IMG/VR virus record: IMGVR_UViG_3300046333_000090
DNA: 64,000 bases
Direction: 5' to 3' (one strand)
Source: a virus
This document shows positions 31,928-42,307 of this stretch, piece after piece (position 1 is the stretch's first letter; every line of letters begins with the position of its first letter). The notes beneath the pieces are model-generated. The model did no database searches, was not told where the DNA came from, and saw nothing but the letters and a program-made list of their open reading frames with translations. Both the position numbers and the translations under genes were made by a program.

Positions 31928-33256
31928 GGTAAAAACCCCGTCCTGAAGGACGGCTTTCTTCTAATTGCTCCTTGACTTTCTATATTTTCTCCGCTATACT
32001 ATATACATATCCCATTAATCAATACAATGCTTTCTCGCTATAATTATCGATTTTATCCAACTCCTCACCAACAGTTGCGCCTTGCGCATACTTTTGGTTG
32101 CTGTCGTTTTGTTTATAATCATATTTTAGCGATTATTAAATCTAATACTCTCAAATTTACTTCTGCTTACGATCTAATTAAACTTGTTACTTTACTTAAA
32201 TCTGAGCACACTTTTCTGAAAGATGTCTCGTCTGTTGCTCTTCAACAATCTGTTTCTAATTTAGGTAGTTCGTTTAAAAACTTTTTTGATTCCCTGAAAG
32301 GGAAACGCAAAGGTCAAAAAATAGGTTTCCCTAAATTTAAAAAACGTACTAATTCTCAAAGTTGTACATTTCAATCTAATGGGTATCAATTACTAGCAAA
32401 TGGCGAAATATCTATAGCTAAAATCGGTACGATTAAACCTATATATTCTCGCGAATTGCCTTCTACCCCTACTTCTTGCACGATTACTAAAGATTGTGCA
32501 GATAGATATTTTATCAGTTTTGTCGTACAAGTAGAACCAGTACAAATATATAGCGAATCACCGAGTATCGGTATCGATTTAGGTATTCAAACTTTTGCTA
32601 TTTGTTCTGATGGGACTGCATATAAATCTCCTAATACCTATAATAAACTCTATGACAAGATTGCTAAAGCACAACATAAACATGCTAAGTCACAACCAGG
32701 ATCTAAACGTAGAAACAATCTTAGGCTTTCGATAGCAAAATTACATAACAAAATTACTGATATTCGTAAGGATTTCCATCATAAAGTAAGTACTTTAATT
32801 TGCAGCAAAAACCAAACTGTAAGTTTAGAACATCTGAATGTAAAAGGAATGCTTGCTAATCGAAAATTGTCGAAAGCAATAAGTAGACAAGGGTGGAGTA
32901 ATTTTGTAGTACTAATTAAAGCTAAATGTGATAAATTTGGGAGAGAATTTGTACAGATAGGGAGATTCTATCCAAGCAGTCAGATATGTAACGAGTGTGG
33001 ATACCGATGGGGTTCGCTAGACTTGTCCATAAGGACGATTAAATGCGAAAGATGCGGAGTAATACACGATAGAGACATAAATGCAGCAAAGAATATAGAT
33101 AAAGTCGGCATCGGTCATGGGCACGACTATAAATGTGCGGTGAGAGCAGGTAAGACTAGATAGTAACCCTTACGGGGTAATTGTGTAGCAATTGTTCTGA
33201 GAAACGCAAAGGAATCCCTGAGAGAAGCGATGCTTTAGCACAGGGAGGTATGTCAA
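31928..33256 (+). mobile_element. IS200/IS605-family (IS1341-type, tnpB-only) element
   Basis: Left-end hairpin CCGTCC-TGAA-GGACGG preceded by AAAC; right end GAAT-CCCTG...CAGGG...TCAA; no tnpA. Left boundary uncertain by a few nt. Confidence 0.85.
32027..33163 (+). CDS. tnpB: RNA-guided nuclease TnpB
   Basis: Y.YRFYPT, FGCCRFVYN, GFPKFKK, RuvC GIDLG / E / DRD.NAA.NI, zinc finger C..C...C..C. Confidence 0.95.
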   Translation: MLSRYNYRFYPTPHQQLRLAHTFGCCRFVYNHILAIIKSNTLKFTSAYDLIKLVTLLKSEHTFLKDVSSVALQQSVSNLGSSFKNFFDSLKGKRKGQKIGFPKFKKRTNSQSCTFQSNGYQLLANGEISIAKIGTIKPIYSRELPSTPTSCTITKDCADRYFISFVVQVEPVQIYSESPSIGIDLGIQTFAICSDGTAYKSPNTYNKLYDKIAKAQHKHAKSQPGSKRRNNLRLSIAKLHNKITDIRKDFHHKVSTLICSKNQTVSLEHLNVKGMLANRKLSKAISRQGWSNFVVLIKAKCDKFGREFVQIGRFYPSSQICNECGYRWGSLDLSIRTIKCERCGVIHDRDINAAKNIDKVGIGHGHDYKCAVRAGKTR

Positions 33257-33276
33257 ATCTAACACAAATATCTGTA
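33060..33276 (+). ncRNA. predicted TnpB reRNA (omega-RNA) with flank-derived guide from 33257
   Basis: Known TnpB biology: the scaffold overlaps the tnpB 3' end and right end up to TCAA. The 5' boundary is a guess. Confidence 0.55.
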
Positions 33277-33301
33277 TTAACATTGAGGTTAGTATAGTAA
33301 G

Positions 33302-33838
33302 TTGAATAACATTCCTACCAGGCACATATTAATGTCATTCCCCAAAAATTGTTATCGAATTCGCGCTACCGTACCATCATTCGGCACTCATCTAATTTCG
33401 GAATTACAAGAATTTTTTAATATTACCAGAGACATAATAAAAGCAGATCTATTACATTATGTCACAAATATTAAAAAAGAATACGAATTTATGCGGTTTA
33501 GTATATCAGAAATAGCCGAAGATGGCTATGATGAACAATTTAGTATTATAAAATATTTCAAGTTAGATGACGACAATCGAGTAATTTATGTAAAAGAATT
33601 ATTCAATGATCCGCAAGCTATAATAGATTTTGCGGATAATACGATAGGTGTAACCGAGTTAGTAGATACACTTGCTGAGGTTCTATATAGGTATATTTCC
33701 ATACCACCAAAATTATTACTTTTTGTTGAGTATTTGAATGAAAATGAGTATTACACAATGTTTCCTTGGGAAACATTGTCAGAGTATTTTATTCGGCACC
33801 ATCATATACTAGACCGATATCATTTAACTAGTAAATAA
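33302..33838 (+). CDS. hypothetical early protein
   Basis: ORF; the ATG at 33332 is the more likely start. Confidence 0.6.
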   Translation: MNNIPTRHILMSFPKNCYRIRATVPSFGTHLISELQEFFNITRDIIKADLLHYVTNIKKEYEFMRFSISEIAEDGYDEQFSIIKYFKLDDDNRVIYVKELFNDPQAIIDFADNTIGVTELVDTLAEVLYRYISIPPKLLLFVEYLNENEYYTMFPWETLSEYFIRHHHILDRYHLTSK

Positions 33839-33936
33839 ACAAACATTCCTCAAAATAGCCTATAGACAATTCAGAACGGATCGAATAAAATACTATATGA
33901 GTTGAGCAAACATAATTCTACCAAAATGGAACTAAA

Positions 33937-34254
33937 ATGAATTACAGAATTTTAATTAAACCAGAGTATGATGGCGATACCGATCCTGGGCAGTTTGGGG
34001 ATTGTACCGACGAAACTGTCCAATGGATTAAGGAACAATTATGGAATAATAATGTTTGGGCATGGTGTACCGTCACAGTTAGTATAGATTTTCCATATTT
34101 GGGGATTTTTTTGAGTGAGTCAATTCGTACATGTAGTTATGAGTCAGAAGAGGACTTCAAAAACAGTAGATGCTACGATAGTATGGTGGTTATGCTCAAA
34201 CAACGTGTAGTGGATGCGTGTACCATACTCACAAACGAACTGGTAATACAATAA
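33937..34254 (+). CDS. hypothetical early protein
   Basis: ORF with its own promoter (TAGACA-17-TAAAAT). Confidence 0.65.
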   Translation: MNYRILIKPEYDGDTDPGQFGDCTDETVQWIKEQLWNNNVWAWCTVTVSIDFPYLGIFLSESIRTCSYESEEDFKNSRCYDSMVVMLKQRVVDACTILTNELVIQ

Positions 34255-34311
34255 TCAGCTATGATGTAAACATACTTAATTAGACCTAAACTATGTATGA
34301 CGGGATAAAAA

Positions 34312-34461
34312 ATGAAAATTATTAATTGTGTAGTAGCGTGGATTGATTGGAGATTGTCTGATATACAGTGCGGATTTTGCAAAATTAAGTGGAAATATCA
34401 AGTCTGGAACTTGACTATTATAAAAAGGGACAATTTGGGTAGTTTGTTTGACTACATGTAA
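34312..34461 (+). CDS. small hypothetical protein (49 aa)
   Basis: Manual translation MKIINCVVAWIDW...FDYM*. Confidence 0.4.
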   Translation: MKIINCVVAWIDWRLSDIQCGFCKIKWKYQVWNLTIIKRDNLGSLFDYM

Positions 34462-34467
34462 GTCAAT

Positions 34468-34504
34468 TGGCGGATAGACAACCATAGAATCTATCCGCTA
34501 TGAT
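34468..34504 (+). promoter_or_regulatory. hairpin-embedded early promoter (other copies ~35708, 36109, 36458, 37894, 39328)
   Basis: TGGCGGATAGA..TCTATCCGCTA inverted repeat overlapping -35 TAGACA and -10 TATGAT. Confidence 0.65.
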
Positions 34505-34532
34505 GTAAACATACTAAATAGAGGTTAATAAC

Positions 34533-35096
34533 ATGACGGACACAAAAGTAGTTTTGCTTCTTTTCTTTTCTGGCACATACGACACTATATGGGCACCACC
34601 ATATCCTACAGACGACAATGGTGACGAACTATTAGGCGATCTAGACTTTGGATTATATATGAATTATATATCACACGGTATTACATTAGAAGTAGACAAA
34701 TTGCTACCATTTGCTGATGGGGATGTAGTATTTCAGTCGTGTCACGTACCAAAAGAATACAATAGTGTCACTGACACTATTATAGTGACATTAAAGAACT
34801 ACCGAAATAACATAAATTATCTACGTGGATATGCAGCATATCACAAAAAATACTTCCAAAAGTATCTCAACAGTAATTTTAAATCCTGTGATGGATTTAT
34901 TTCATACTACTCTGATAATTATGATTTTTGGGCACAACAATATTCTGAAGATCTTGATGAAGTGGAAGTTGGAACATACTTGTCATTCTATCTGATAAGT
35001 GAAGTATCTGTAGATTTGAACGAATACATTTTTGATTCAGTGGCTACAGATGTAAGAGAATGGGTATCGGACAACTTCACTTATGAGTCTGAATAG
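34533..35096 (+). CDS. acidic hypothetical early protein
   Basis: GAGG RBS; PKEYN..TD.I and DGFISYYS. Confidence 0.7.
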   Translation: MTDTKVVLLLFFSGTYDTIWAPPYPTDDNGDELLGDLDFGLYMNYISHGITLEVDKLLPFADGDVVFQSCHVPKEYNSVTDTIIVTLKNYRNNINYLRGYAAYHKKYFQKYLNSNFKSCDGFISYYSDNYDFWAQQYSEDLDEVEVGTYLSFYLISEVSVDLNEYIFDSVATDVREWVSDNFTYESE

Positions 35097-35097
35097 A

Positions 35098-35392
35098 CTA
35101 CAATTATTAAATTTAATAATCTTAGCCGATCTGATTAGATCGGCTATTTTTTATGCCAGATCGATCTCACTCCTCTCTACTGTGCCTAAAATGCCCTATA
35201 AGACGGATCTAACTGATTTTAGGTATATCTCACCTACACCAAAAATACAATGTATAAATTGTAGGTGAAAACAAATGGCTGAGACACAATGTAATCTCTA
35301 AGCCATTATGCCCAATCTCTTGAAATAGCTTGCTATTAGATTCGATTGGTGAGATAGTAAAGAGGTAAGCAACAAATCGAACCATATAAAAA
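35098..35392 (+). repeat. long early-region module: palindrome, terminator, spacer, hairpin, promoter
   Basis: Homologous to 37371-37632, 38805-39110, 41270-41518 and 42000-42307. Confidence 0.85.
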
Positions 35393-35782
35393 ATGACTTG
35401 CCCCCTACGCCGCTCTAACGTTTACTCACTATCTGCAACAATTAATTTTGACAATATCGATTATGATCGGGGGAGAATTAGAGTCCAATTGGGTATCATT
35501 TATATATGGGTGGCTAACTCATATCCGACAAAATTATACTATCAACAATGATATTGGATTTATTACTTTTGTTGGTAAAGATTATTATGGTCATATAACT
35601 TATACTCGCACTCGCCGAATTTATTTAAATAGTTCCCGATTGTATATTAAAACGTTAATATAAAACCTATACTATCTATTAATAAACATCTCAGTAGTTA
35701 AGTAATTTGGCTGATGTGTATATATCCTCACATCAGCTACCATCTAATCAGTCAATCTAAACATATACAAAAGGTAAACAAA

Positions 35783-36097
35783 ATGAGTCTTGAAACATTA
35801 AATGATACTTTCGGATTGCCACAAGATGCTACATTAGAAGATATACAAGTATTTTTTAAACAAAATAGTGTGTCTTACCAGATATTTACCCGTCCGCACG
35901 ATAAGAATGGTGATCGGTGCTACATAATAGCAGTATATATGACTACTGGTAAGGTATACGGCTTTAAAACTTATAACACTAGTATTTGTCTATCAATGTT
36001 TAAATTTTGTAATAAACTACCAATACAATTAGAATTATCCCCAGCTAATTTTAAATTTTTAGATAAACATCAAATAGATTTTGTATTTCATTGTTAA
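35783..36097 (+). CDS. hypothetical early protein
   Basis: ATG after AAGGTAAACAAA within track ORF 35714..36097. Confidence 0.6.
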   Translation: MSLETLNDTFGLPQDATLEDIQVFFKQNSVSYQIFTRPHDKNGDRCYIIAVYMTTGKVYGFKTYNTSICLSMFKFCNKLPIQLELSPANFKFLDKHQIDFVFHC

Positions 36098-36173
36098 TCT
36101 CAGTCATCTGGCGGATTGAATATACCAAACCCAATCCGCTATCATGTAAACAACAAATAAATAGAGACATAAC

Positions 36174-36437
36174 ATGAAATTAACCGAATATATCAATCCT
36201 TGGATCATATGGTATGCAGATGGCGAAATAATAGAAACGCAACATAACTCACGACCATTAGCTGAGTCTTTTCATAAAATATGTACGGTTTATCCTGGAA
36301 TAAATATGAAGTATTTGCAACATATATTTGATTCGTACGATATAGAAAACTTAGCAGATCCTATCTATGTTGAAAACATTTTTTGCGAAAAATTAGCACT
36401 ATATCACGACGAACTATACCCATACTCAGAGGATTAA
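36174..36437 (+). CDS. hypothetical early protein
   Basis: ORF after a hairpin promoter. Confidence 0.6.
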   Translation: MKLTEYINPWIIWYADGEIIETQHNSRPLAESFHKICTVYPGINMKYLQHIFDSYDIENLADPIYVENIFCEKLALYHDELYPYSED

Positions 36438-36533
36438 GTAGACTATATTGCGACAATTGGCTGATAGACAAATACTCACTCTATCAGTTAAAGTTGAAAC
36501 ATACCAAATCGAATCATAACTAGGTAAACAAAA

Positions 36534-37373
36534 ATGGCAACTGCAATCGAATCAATTACAGAATCTTACAATTTAGTCGATGGTAATATGGAGATATGCC
36601 CTAAAAATAAAGGTAAGTGGATCACATCTGACATGTTGCGCATCGGTGACTATGACAATAGTACCGATGTACAGCGTGCTAATGTATCATACATTTTGGA
36701 ACATTATGCGTCAAATCGTTATCATGAAACACATTTAGGGTATGGTCATCATCAAATATTTCTTAAATTTACCGAAGTAAACGCAGCATTGGTATGTGAT
36801 CTAGAGGATTATCCTACCATCTGTGATTCGTACTACTATGACTGGCAACAAAAACATTCTAAGGAATACTTCAATGATAGTGATATATCATATTATCCTG
36901 TAATCGAGCAAGCATTAAATCGACTACATGAAGATACAGATTGGACTGTATCAGATCGGATCTATGGTGCTATACTACATTTTTCTGACTTATGGTGTGG
37001 CGGAGAATCTTATCATTGGAGCGGTTCATCATACTACTTCACTCTGCAAGATAGTAATTATGCTTCTGATGACAATATAAATGAAGTAGTTTTATACTTT
37101 ATCGATAACCCACCATACTCAAAAAAAGATCTTAACCCAAATACAATTGATAACATAATACAAAATGTAACTCCTGGCATATATACCCTAGTTGCTACTA
37201 GTTATAATGACTTAGAATTACATGGTGGTGGTATAGACTACATGACTACTCACGATTATCCTATGCAAGAGATTACAATATATGACGGCGATGACATTAA
37301 ATCCATAATACAAGACGCATACAATGAAATAGTCGAATACAATTTTGAATATCTCGATTATGCACCTATATAA
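36534..37373 (+). CDS. acidic Tyr/Asp-rich hypothetical early protein
   Basis: 279-aa ORF after a hairpin promoter and AGGTAAACAAAA leader. Confidence 0.7.
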   Translation: MATAIESITESYNLVDGNMEICPKNKGKWITSDMLRIGDYDNSTDVQRANVSYILEHYASNRYHETHLGYGHHQIFLKFTEVNAALVCDLEDYPTICDSYYYDWQQKHSKEYFNDSDISYYPVIEQALNRLHEDTDWTVSDRIYGAILHFSDLWCGGESYHWSGSSYYFTLQDSNYASDDNINEVVLYFIDNPPYSKKDLNPNTIDNIIQNVTPGIYTLVATSYNDLELHGGGIDYMTTHDYPMQEITIYDGDDIKSIIQDAYNEIVEYNFEYLDYAPI

Positions 37374-37632
37374 TTATTAAATTTAATATCTAGATCGATT
37401 ATCCGATCTAGATATCATCTCTATGACCGCTAGAATGCCCCAGAACTGCTCTAATCATCAAACTAGACTCGTACTCGTCTCAATCATTACGACACTGTAT
37501 AAATTGTAGTAGGAAACAAATGGCTTAGACACAACGTAATCTCTAAGCCATTATACTGAATCTCTTAAAATAGCTTGCAATTAGATCGGATTAGTGGGAT
37601 AGTTAAGAAGTCGAGCAAACAACACAACAACA
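37371..37632 (+). repeat. long early-region module copy
   Basis: ...AATGGCTTAGA..TCTCTAAGCCATT...TTGCAA-TTAGATCGGATTAGTGG-GATAGT. Confidence 0.85.
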
Positions 37633-37881
37633 ATGATAACTCAACTGTATCTTATTAAACGAATCTGTTCAGACTATACCAAATCTAAATCAGTCTACTA
37701 TAATTATGGTAGTATCGATGATGCGATATCAACTACTAAGAATACTTGTGAGACTATATTTAATTATAACCATGTAGCAGAATCATCTATATTTGAAATA
37801 TGGGCAGATGATAGTAAATTAGTGACAATAACAACTAATTTGGTAGATTTTTGTCCAGATACTATGGTTACTTTTCATTAA
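37633..37881 (+). CDS. hypothetical early protein
   Basis: ORF directly after the module promoter. Confidence 0.6.
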   Translation: MITQLYLIKRICSDYTKSKSVYYNYGSIDDAISTTKNTCETIFNYNHVAESSIFEIWADDSKLVTITTNLVDFCPDTMVTFH

Positions 37882-37969
37882 ACTTCCGCAATTTAGCTGA
37901 TGTGTAACTATCCTCATATCAGCTACCATGTAAACATACTCAATCGAAACACATACAAGGTAAACACCA

Positions 37970-38332
37970 ATGTCCAATACCTCTAACAGTAAATTTGTCC
38001 TAGATTCTGTACGGAATCATGTTACACAATCTGTATCTATTGATGGTACTGTTCCATCATTCTCTGCTGCGGCTGTCTATGTTTGGCATGAATTCATACG
38101 AGTTACAAATAATGATTATTATAAACATCATTTTCCCAACTTGCAAGATCGGTTTAGTAATTATCTCGATGGCTTACCTCACTCATTTTTAATTTATTAT
38201 AATGAGATGGAAACCTATCTAGATACACTCGGTCTTAACAATAATTCCAAGACTAAATTTAGTGAAGACAAAATACATAAAATGTATCACTTTCTTATCT
38301 ATAAAGTAATATATCGCGAAATTTCAAAATAA
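37970..38332 (+). CDS. hypothetical early protein
   Basis: ORF after a hairpin promoter. Confidence 0.65.
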   Translation: MSNTSNSKFVLDSVRNHVTQSVSIDGTVPSFSAAAVYVWHEFIRVTNNDYYKHHFPNLQDRFSNYLDGLPHSFLIYYNEMETYLDTLGLNNNSKTKFSEDKIHKMYHFLIYKVIYREISK

Positions 38333-38397
38333 TACATTATTGGCGATCTGATATTACAGATCGCCGTAACTACTCACTCACCTAACCTTAAAATACA

Positions 38398-38805
38398 ATG
38401 AATCATTCTAAACTACAATCTATAGAATTTGACGGATCTATTGCATTTAATGATGCTACTGAATTACTAGAATACGTTCAATTACTTACTGGCATCATAC
38501 CAGATGATAATGAGCATTGTATTATTAATGGTGAGAAATACTACTACAATGATGTGATAACTCCACTATTCGATATCTTTGCCGCAATTTTACTAGCATT
38601 CCCTACACTCACATCAGAACAACAAAATACAATCTCACTACTTGAAGATTACAGTGACTTAAATAAATATCGTATCGGTAGCTGTGGTATTACATTAGAT
38701 GACATTTATGATCATGACGAAAATAATTTTCATTATGGCATTCGCCATATCTATGAACTATTAGGGGGGATTGCCCCAACTACTGATGATGCTGAAGCTG
38801 AATAA
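38398..38805 (+). CDS. acidic hypothetical early protein
   Basis: 135-aa ORF. Confidence 0.6.
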   Translation: MNHSKLQSIEFDGSIAFNDATELLEYVQLLTGIIPDDNEHCIINGEKYYYNDVITPLFDIFAAILLAFPTLTSEQQNTISLLEDYSDLNKYRIGSCGITLDDIYDHDENNFHYGIRHIYELLGGIAPTTDDAEAE

Positions 38806-39110
38806 CACTACAAATTATTAAATTTAATAATACAAAAGCCGTTCTCATCAGATCGGCTTTTTTGGTTTATAGCAGTTCTACTCGATCCTTAACATCATCT
38901 CTAAGGTGCCCAGAATGCCCTATAACGAATCAAACACTCAAACTAGACTCATAATCACCTTACTAATTACGACACTGTATAAATTGTAGTGATACACAAA
39001 TGGCTTAGACCTATCGTAATCAATACGTCATTATGCTTAATCTCTTAAAATAGCTTGCAATTAGATCGCATTAGTGGGATAGTTGAGAGGTAAACAAATA
39101 GCCGCTAATC
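38805..39110 (+). repeat. long early-region module copy
   Basis: Same organisation as the 35098 copy. Confidence 0.85.
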
Positions 39111-39349
39111 AAATGATTCCACTAATCCGACTTAAAAATATGATAGCTACCGAACAAAAGGTTTATGCTACCTGGAATAAACAAAGAATTACTATCAATA
39201 ATGTATTACTTTCTGAAATATTTTTTAGTATACATGGTAGTTCTATATTCAATCAATTACATCATACTACAATAGATCACTTATCCGATATAAGTTATGA
39301 TATAGTCCCTAATAAATATCAGCCATTTGGCCGTTCCTATCTATCCTAA
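39083..39349 (+). CDS. hypothetical early protein (start probably 39113 or 39140)
   Basis: ORF after the module promoter. Confidence 0.5.
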   Translation: MRGKQIAANQMIPLIRLKNMIATEQKVYATWNKQRITINNVLLSEIFFSIHGSSIFNQLHHTTIDHLSDISYDIVPNKYQPFGRSYLS

Positions 39350-39403
39350 GATCGGCTACCATATAAACATAACAAGCAAACCGCCACTAAGGGAACAGAG
39401 AAC

Positions 39404-40045
39404 ATGAATTTTCAAACCACTACAACTAATTTCAATCTATTTCTTACCACTAATGGGTACCCTACATCAGAAAATACAATGTATCTTTTGTCTAAGTCTT
39501 ATGATGTTTTCCTGACAACTAATTCATACGATCATTTTGTAGATAAAATGCTACAATATGTCTCAGAATCCTATAATACAGAGTTAGATCGTATAGAACA
39601 ATGTTTCGATATATTAGGTGATGAGGTATTACTATCTCCCACTATATTCATAGATCTATTGTATGGATTTTATAAGATCCAACAAATACTCGATCTTAAC
39701 ACTAGTGACAATCTATTACTAATGACTCAGTATGATATACTAACCTTAACTCTAAGTGTCCTTAATTTTTGTGAATATGGTAGCACTTTTATCGATTTTG
39801 CAAAAATCATATCGATCTGTGATACAGCTTGTGACATAACTTTACTACAACATGACTTTATTGTGTGGTATACATTACAATTATATCCATATACTACCCA
39901 AAAATTCACTTTATCCGAATTTCGTGATACAATGTGTAATCTAGATATAGTAGCATCTCGTAAAGTACCCTATGGATTAAATAATACACTTCTCAATTTT
40001 GGCTGTTTCAAAAATATTAATGGTATATACATTCAACTACCATAA
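39404..40045 (+). CDS. hypothetical early protein
   Basis: 213-aa ORF. Confidence 0.65.
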   Translation: MNFQTTTTNFNLFLTTNGYPTSENTMYLLSKSYDVFLTTNSYDHFVDKMLQYVSESYNTELDRIEQCFDILGDEVLLSPTIFIDLLYGFYKIQQILDLNTSDNLLLMTQYDILTLTLSVLNFCEYGSTFIDFAKIISICDTACDITLLQHDFIVWYTLQLYPYTTQKFTLSEFRDTMCNLDIVASRKVPYGLNNTLLNFGCFKNINGIYIQLP

Positions 40046-40280
40046 CCCTACTATCTATTACCTTTAATAACACAGCCGATCTGATTAAGATCGGCTGTTT
40101 TTTTGTTCTTAATTTACGCGATCGTTCTCACTACTCTATTACTATCTTCTCTATTACCGCTATTATGCCATCAGATTACGACATTGTAGTGAGAAACATA
40201 AGCTATTATGCTTAACTTCTGGCAGACTGCTAGATATCTCGTTATAATTTAAGAGTAAACAGATTTCGGAGATACGACTC
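40046..40280 (+). repeat. shortened module copy with variant promoter
   Basis: ACAGCCGATCT..AGATCGGCTGT terminator; promoter part nearly identical to 42226-42307. Confidence 0.8.
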
Positions 40281-40607
40281 ATGACTACTTCTACTCATTA
40301 TGTATTACTAACTCATTGTCTAGAATATTCCTATAATGACTACGAATCAGATGAATCAGATGAATCATACTACACATACGAATTGATTGTACCACACTCA
40401 TTCGCTGATGTGGTAGAAACTGCTTTAGATTATGGTAATGTAAGCTACAGTTGGAACTGCGAATATAATGATTGCCAACACTATGTTTTAGATGAGACTC
40501 CAGCAGATGACAATGAATGGAAAAAAGTGACAGATCGATTATCGATGATAATGTCTGAATTTTGTATAGATTACCATCATGACCTAATCTGCTACCATAT
40601 TTATTAA
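40281..40607 (+). CDS. very acidic small early protein
   Basis: EYSYNDYESDESDESYYTYE; GGAG RBS. Confidence 0.65.
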   Translation: MTTSTHYVLLTHCLEYSYNDYESDESDESYYTYELIVPHSFADVVETALDYGNVSYSWNCEYNDCQHYVLDETPADDNEWKKVTDRLSMIMSEFCIDYHHDLICYHIY

Positions 40608-40989
40608 CTTTAATACCACAGCCGATCTTAATCAGATCGGCTGTTTTTTTGTACCTGAATTCACCACAAAATACTACATTATTTGGTAGGCACACTCTAT
40701 TATAACAATTTGTTATAACATCAAATATTAATGAATGTTATAATAAATTGTTATAACATTCATTTTGTAGTATTGTTTGGGTGGATATAGAAATCACTCC
40801 AAACCCATACACAGCACTACATTCAGCCATTTCAAAAACTACAAAAGTGACACCACTTTGACACCACTTTTTGTAAGACTTATGGTAAAATCTACTATAA
40901 CTTCTTACATATTAGGCTACAAATCTACTACACATTATTAAATTTAATAGTCTACTGAGCGATCGTTCTCAATGCTAGGTCAACCCCTT

Positions 40990-41216
40990 ACAAAAAGTCA
41001 TTAAAAGGACTACAAACCTATTGGATACGTCATTATGCACTACTGATTATGTATGTCTATCTTGCTACCTAATGTAATAAAATCCAGATCTGGAGATTGT
41101 AACTCCCAAACACTATACTCTGTAATATGTGTAGCGGTGGTATATACATTATCTAGTCAGTCTTTTGTAGACAAAAAGTCATTAAAAGGACTACAAACCC
41201 ATTGGAGATCGATCGC
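40990..41216 (+). repeat. non-coding ~190-bp unit, also present in tandem at 42687-42985
   Basis: AAAAAGTCATTAAAAGGACTACAAACC...CAAACACTATACTCTGTAATATGTGTAGC...TCTAGTCAGTCTTTTGTAG. Confidence 0.85.
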
Positions 41217-41269
41217 CACAAATTACAGTTTATTGCAGTATGTGGTATGACTGGAGATCGATCGCTACC

Positions 41270-41518
41270 ACGCCGATCCCTAATATGCTCTGAGAGGTGC
41301 CTAGAATGCCCTCAGACAGTCCAGACAGTCAATCTAGACATATACTCACTTCACTCATTACGACAATGTAGAAATTGTAGTGAGAAACAAATGGCTGAGA
41401 GACAATGTAATCCCTCAGCCATTATGCCTAATATCTTAAAATTGCTTGGAATTGGATCGGGATTAGTGGGATAGTAGAGAGGTAAGCAAACAACAACCGA
41501 TAAGGGAACATAATACAA
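41270..41518 (+). repeat. long early-region module copy
   Basis: TATGCTCTGAGAGGTGCCTAGAATGCCC...AATGGCTGAGA..CTCAGCCATT..promoter. Confidence 0.8.
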
Positions 41519-41953
41519 ATGAATATATTCACTATAGAATTACAACGTATTATTACTGCCAGAACCGGATGTACTAGTTTTAGTAGTGCTAAACTAGTCA
41601 CATATCTAGATAGTCATATAGATACAGTTAATCTATATGATACAGTTGTAATTTTGGAGCATCTGATAATCTCAGATATTGCACCAGAACAATGTATTAT
41701 CTCTATAGTATGGCTAAAATTATGTAAGCTTTACCCTAAACAATCGATATTGTTTAGCTGGGATTATGTTACAGCATTGTATCATTTTTGTATTGATGAA
41801 TGTTGCTGTAACAATAACAACATTGATGATGTATTATACTCAATATTATCAATGTACTACATTGATGATGATAATGTATTTTGTGTTGCAAATACACTTA
41901 ATATGCTACAATGTCAGTTTGTCACATATTGGATTGATATACCTACTAGATAA
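41519..41953 (+). CDS. hypothetical early protein
   Basis: ORF after the module promoter. Confidence 0.6.
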   Translation: MNIFTIELQRIITARTGCTSFSSAKLVTYLDSHIDTVNLYDTVVILEHLIISDIAPEQCIISIVWLKLCKLYPKQSILFSWDYVTALYHFCIDECCCNNNNIDDVLYSILSMYYIDDDNVFCVANTLNMLQCQFVTYWIDIPTR

Positions 41954-41999
41954 TCAGTGGTTAGTTAATGGCGATAAAATATTAGTTTGTAAATTAGCA

Positions 42000-42307
42000 T
42001 AACACTACAATCTAATTATTAACTTTAATAACACAGCCGATCTAGTGAGATCGGCTGTGTTATTTTGTTTATGCCAGATCGCCCGATCTGCTAATATCCT
42101 CTCTATGGTGTTTAAAAATGCCATACAATCGATCGAACTGCCAAACTAGACATATACTCACTTCACTCATTACGACAATGTATAAACTGTAGGAGTTTTA
42201 AATGGCTGAGATACAGCGTAATCACTAAGCTATTATGCTTAACTTCTGACAAACTGCTAGATATCTCGTTATAATTAAAGAGTAAACAGATTCGAGGTTA
42301 CGACATT
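42000..42307 (+). repeat. long early-region module copy
   Basis: Terminator, spacer, CTGACA-18-TATAAT. Confidence 0.85.

Noticed and set aside
35393-35663. Gene call after the 35098 module
   Set aside because: Two overlapping candidates (35393-35551 ATG, 35448-35663 TTG) could not be distinguished, so no CDS was listed.
40291-41474. ORFs 40291(-), 41053(+) and 41202(+)
   Set aside because: They overlap repeated non-coding modules whose other copies carry frame-breaking indels.
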